Positions 61,748 to 64,000 of a DNA stretch of 64,000 bases are shown piece by piece. The stretch is from Candidatus Latescibacterota bacterium (lineage in GTDB: Bacteria; Latescibacterota; UBA2968). The notes under the pieces were generated by a model, which searched no databases, was not told the origin of the DNA, and saw only the letters and a program-made list of their open reading frames with translations. A program made the position numbers and the translations under genes. Position 1 is the first letter of the stretch. Every line of letters begins with the position of its first letter. The stretch is taken from assembly GCA_965198115.1 (NCBI GenBank), contig OZ240241.1:2400001-2464000 (forward strand), written 5' to 3'.

Positions 61748-64000
61748 CTATTTCGCGGAGTCCGGGTTCGCCACCGATGTCCAGGCCTCCGCAGGCCAGG
61801 GTTCCGGCAGCGGCTTGCGCGGCAACATTTCTCCGCGGTTGGCCGTGTGATACACGAACGACGCGACGATCGCCGAAGCTTGCATCAAATCGCCGGGCTG
61901 GATTCGGTCGTATACATCCATGTTCGAGTGGTGTGTACGCGACCGGTATTCGACCGGATCCTGAATGAACTGGAACCCCGGGATTCCGAGCGCATCGAAC
62001 GGTAGATGATCCGTGCCTCCCGTGCTGCGGATCGTGATCGTCTTCGCACCCAGATCGTTGAACGGTGCAAGCCACGTATTGAAGATAGGCCGCGCCATGT
62101 CGTTTCCCTGGAGATACACACCATGGATCTTGCCGGTACCGTTGTCCAAATTATAGGCTATATTCGGATCTCTCAACGAGATGAAGTGGGTGAAGGTGCC
62201 GTGGTTCCTGGCATGGGGGCGCGGTTAGAGTGTGCGGAACCTCTTCGGAATCTGCTCAGGGATGTTTATGTCTCCGACGGTAAGGAAGATCATATCGTTG
62301 AATGCGTCGAGTGTGCGGAATCCGCTGGCTCGGTTCTTGACGATTTGGACGATTCGGTTGAGGCCTTTGGCGATGGCGTTGGTAAGACGCGTGTTCACGA
62401 ATGCGAGGACGCCGAAGAAGTGCTGTCGCAGGGTCCTGACGAACTTTCGCAGGGGTTCAAGTCGACTTCTGAGTGCGGACGTCGTCCAGCATTTCAGGAA
62501 GCGTTCGGCAGCCCAGGGCGCTTTGTATTCCCAGAACTGCTCGAACTCGTCCTTGAGTCTCCAGGCTCTATAGATTCGGTAGTTCGCCTTCTCCAGTGCT
62601 TTGAGTGTCCGAGTATCCCCTCTGGAGCGTGTCGCTGAGTGCCGGTAGAGGAGCCATCGGAGGCCCTTCATGGCTTTGCGCTCATCCGGGGCAGCTTTAC
62701 GCCACTGGTCCTTACGGACCTCGTCAACGGCGGCATTGAGAGCCTTGACGATGTGAAAGCGATCGAGGACCAGCTTGGCATTCGGACAGTGTTCCTGGAT
62801 GGCTCCGATGTAAGCTTCGCTCATGTCGCAGCAGGCCCCACTCGATCTTGGATCTCCGGTAGGGACTGAGAGCCTCTGTGAAGAACCGATCGATCGTTTT
62901 ACGCGCCCTGCCGCGGCCAACCCACACCACGCAGGAGCGGTCCAGATCGTAAACGAGCGTGGCGTACCTGTGACGCTTGGCGTAGGAGATCTCGTCGATC
63001 CCGATGGTTTTGAGCCCTCGGATACGATGACCTTCACGAAGCCGCGTGATGGATCGGTGAAGGAGATCCGACAGCGTCGAGGCAGAGATGCGCAGTAACT
63101 CGGACGCCGCCTTCTGCGTCATGGTCTGGCAGTAGCGCAGCATGGCATACTCGAAGCGATACGTCACCCGAGAGAACCGCTCCGCCCACGGAATCTCCTC
63201 GACCACACGACCGTGGGTAGGACACCGAATCTCCCGAGGATGGTAGAGAAGCCAGACCCTCCACCCGCACACCGGAATGTCACGCCACCGACGCGGATGG
63301 GGCATTGTGCGGACGATTTTACCTCGACGGCCGCACTCCGGACAACAACAACCATTCTTATGTGGCTTTACGGCGATGACGAAACAGCTTCTCCCCTCAA
63401 ACCACCAGCTGACAACACGGAACCCCTTGAATCTCAGCAGTTTCGATAGTAATCTGCTCCCGGTCATAGGTCGCACCCCCTTCGCTTTGATTGTCCTACA
63501 CACACAACCAAGCGTAGGGAACGATCTATGACCTTGTCATTCTATAGTTTCACCGTTGAGAAACCCGGATAGAGCCAAATTATAGTAGGCCGAAACCTTC
63601 GTGTGTGCCGGTTCCAGCTCCATGGTCTGCGGGTTTCCGAAGTGTGTCTCGACATAGGCTTTGGAACCGAGAAGTCCCTGCTCCTCCCCCGTCCACAAGA
63701 CCATTCGTACAGTTCGGTCCATCTTCAAGTCCAGCGACTTCAAGATCCGCATCGTCTCCATCATCACAGCGCATCCGGAGGCGTTGTCGGTGGCACCTGT
63801 TCCGTAGACGACATCGTCAAAGTGTGCACCGATGATGACAAGTTCATCCGGCTTCTTTTCTCCGGGAATCTCCGCCACGATGTTGACAGGTTCGTGTTCC
63901 TGATGAAACTGCGCGCGCACCTCGACCTCGATGCGACACGGGATGTCGTGCTCCACAAGACGCGCCAGTCGGTTGTAGTGCTCCGTCGTCAGTGCGATGG
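61748..64000 (-). pseudogene. M28-family (carboxypeptidase Q-like) peptidase interrupted by ISL3; 5' part lies beyond the window
   Basis: GAHFD, GATDNASG, TGEEQG, YYNL joining DNGTG, TDH, THH. Confidence 0.9.
62156..63576 (-). mobile_element. ISL3-family element copy 2; transposase frameshifted near 62837
   Basis: Near-identical to copy 1; perfect 8-bp TSD AAATTATA (62148-62155, 63577-63584). Confidence 0.95.

Overview
GC-rich bacterial accessory region with no rRNA, CRISPR array or core housekeeping genes. Five phytanoyl-CoA-dioxygenase (PhyH) genes, enolase-superfamily enzymes, a GWxTD/TPR protein and a beta-propeller sensor kinase suggest a Latescibacterota/Poribacteria-like heterotroph (inference). 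The main structural signal is centred on one propeller histidine kinase (HK) gene (18136-22563, minus strand). Downstream of it are nine 5'-truncated, 3'-coterminal copies of the HK tail (…[12 protein letters not shown]), each separating 1-3 unrelated, mostly co-oriented cargo genes, like an integron cassette array whose spacer is a protein-coding tail. A tenth tail lies at 57.4 kb. Copies of the HK promoter, two with recognisable N-terminal codons, recur at 34.6, 44.2 and 53.2 kb and possibly 9.4 kb. No integrase is visible in the window. Mobile DNA comprises an IS1595 transposon carrying a tRNA-like gene, two 1380-bp IS3-like elements with 15-bp target duplications, two ISL3, one IS256, IS256 and IS1380 remnants, a 3-copy ~270-bp repeat, and REP-like elements. 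Many genes have single frameshifts, which may be long-read errors or real decay. All calls come from reading the sequence and translations by eye; no database searches were run.
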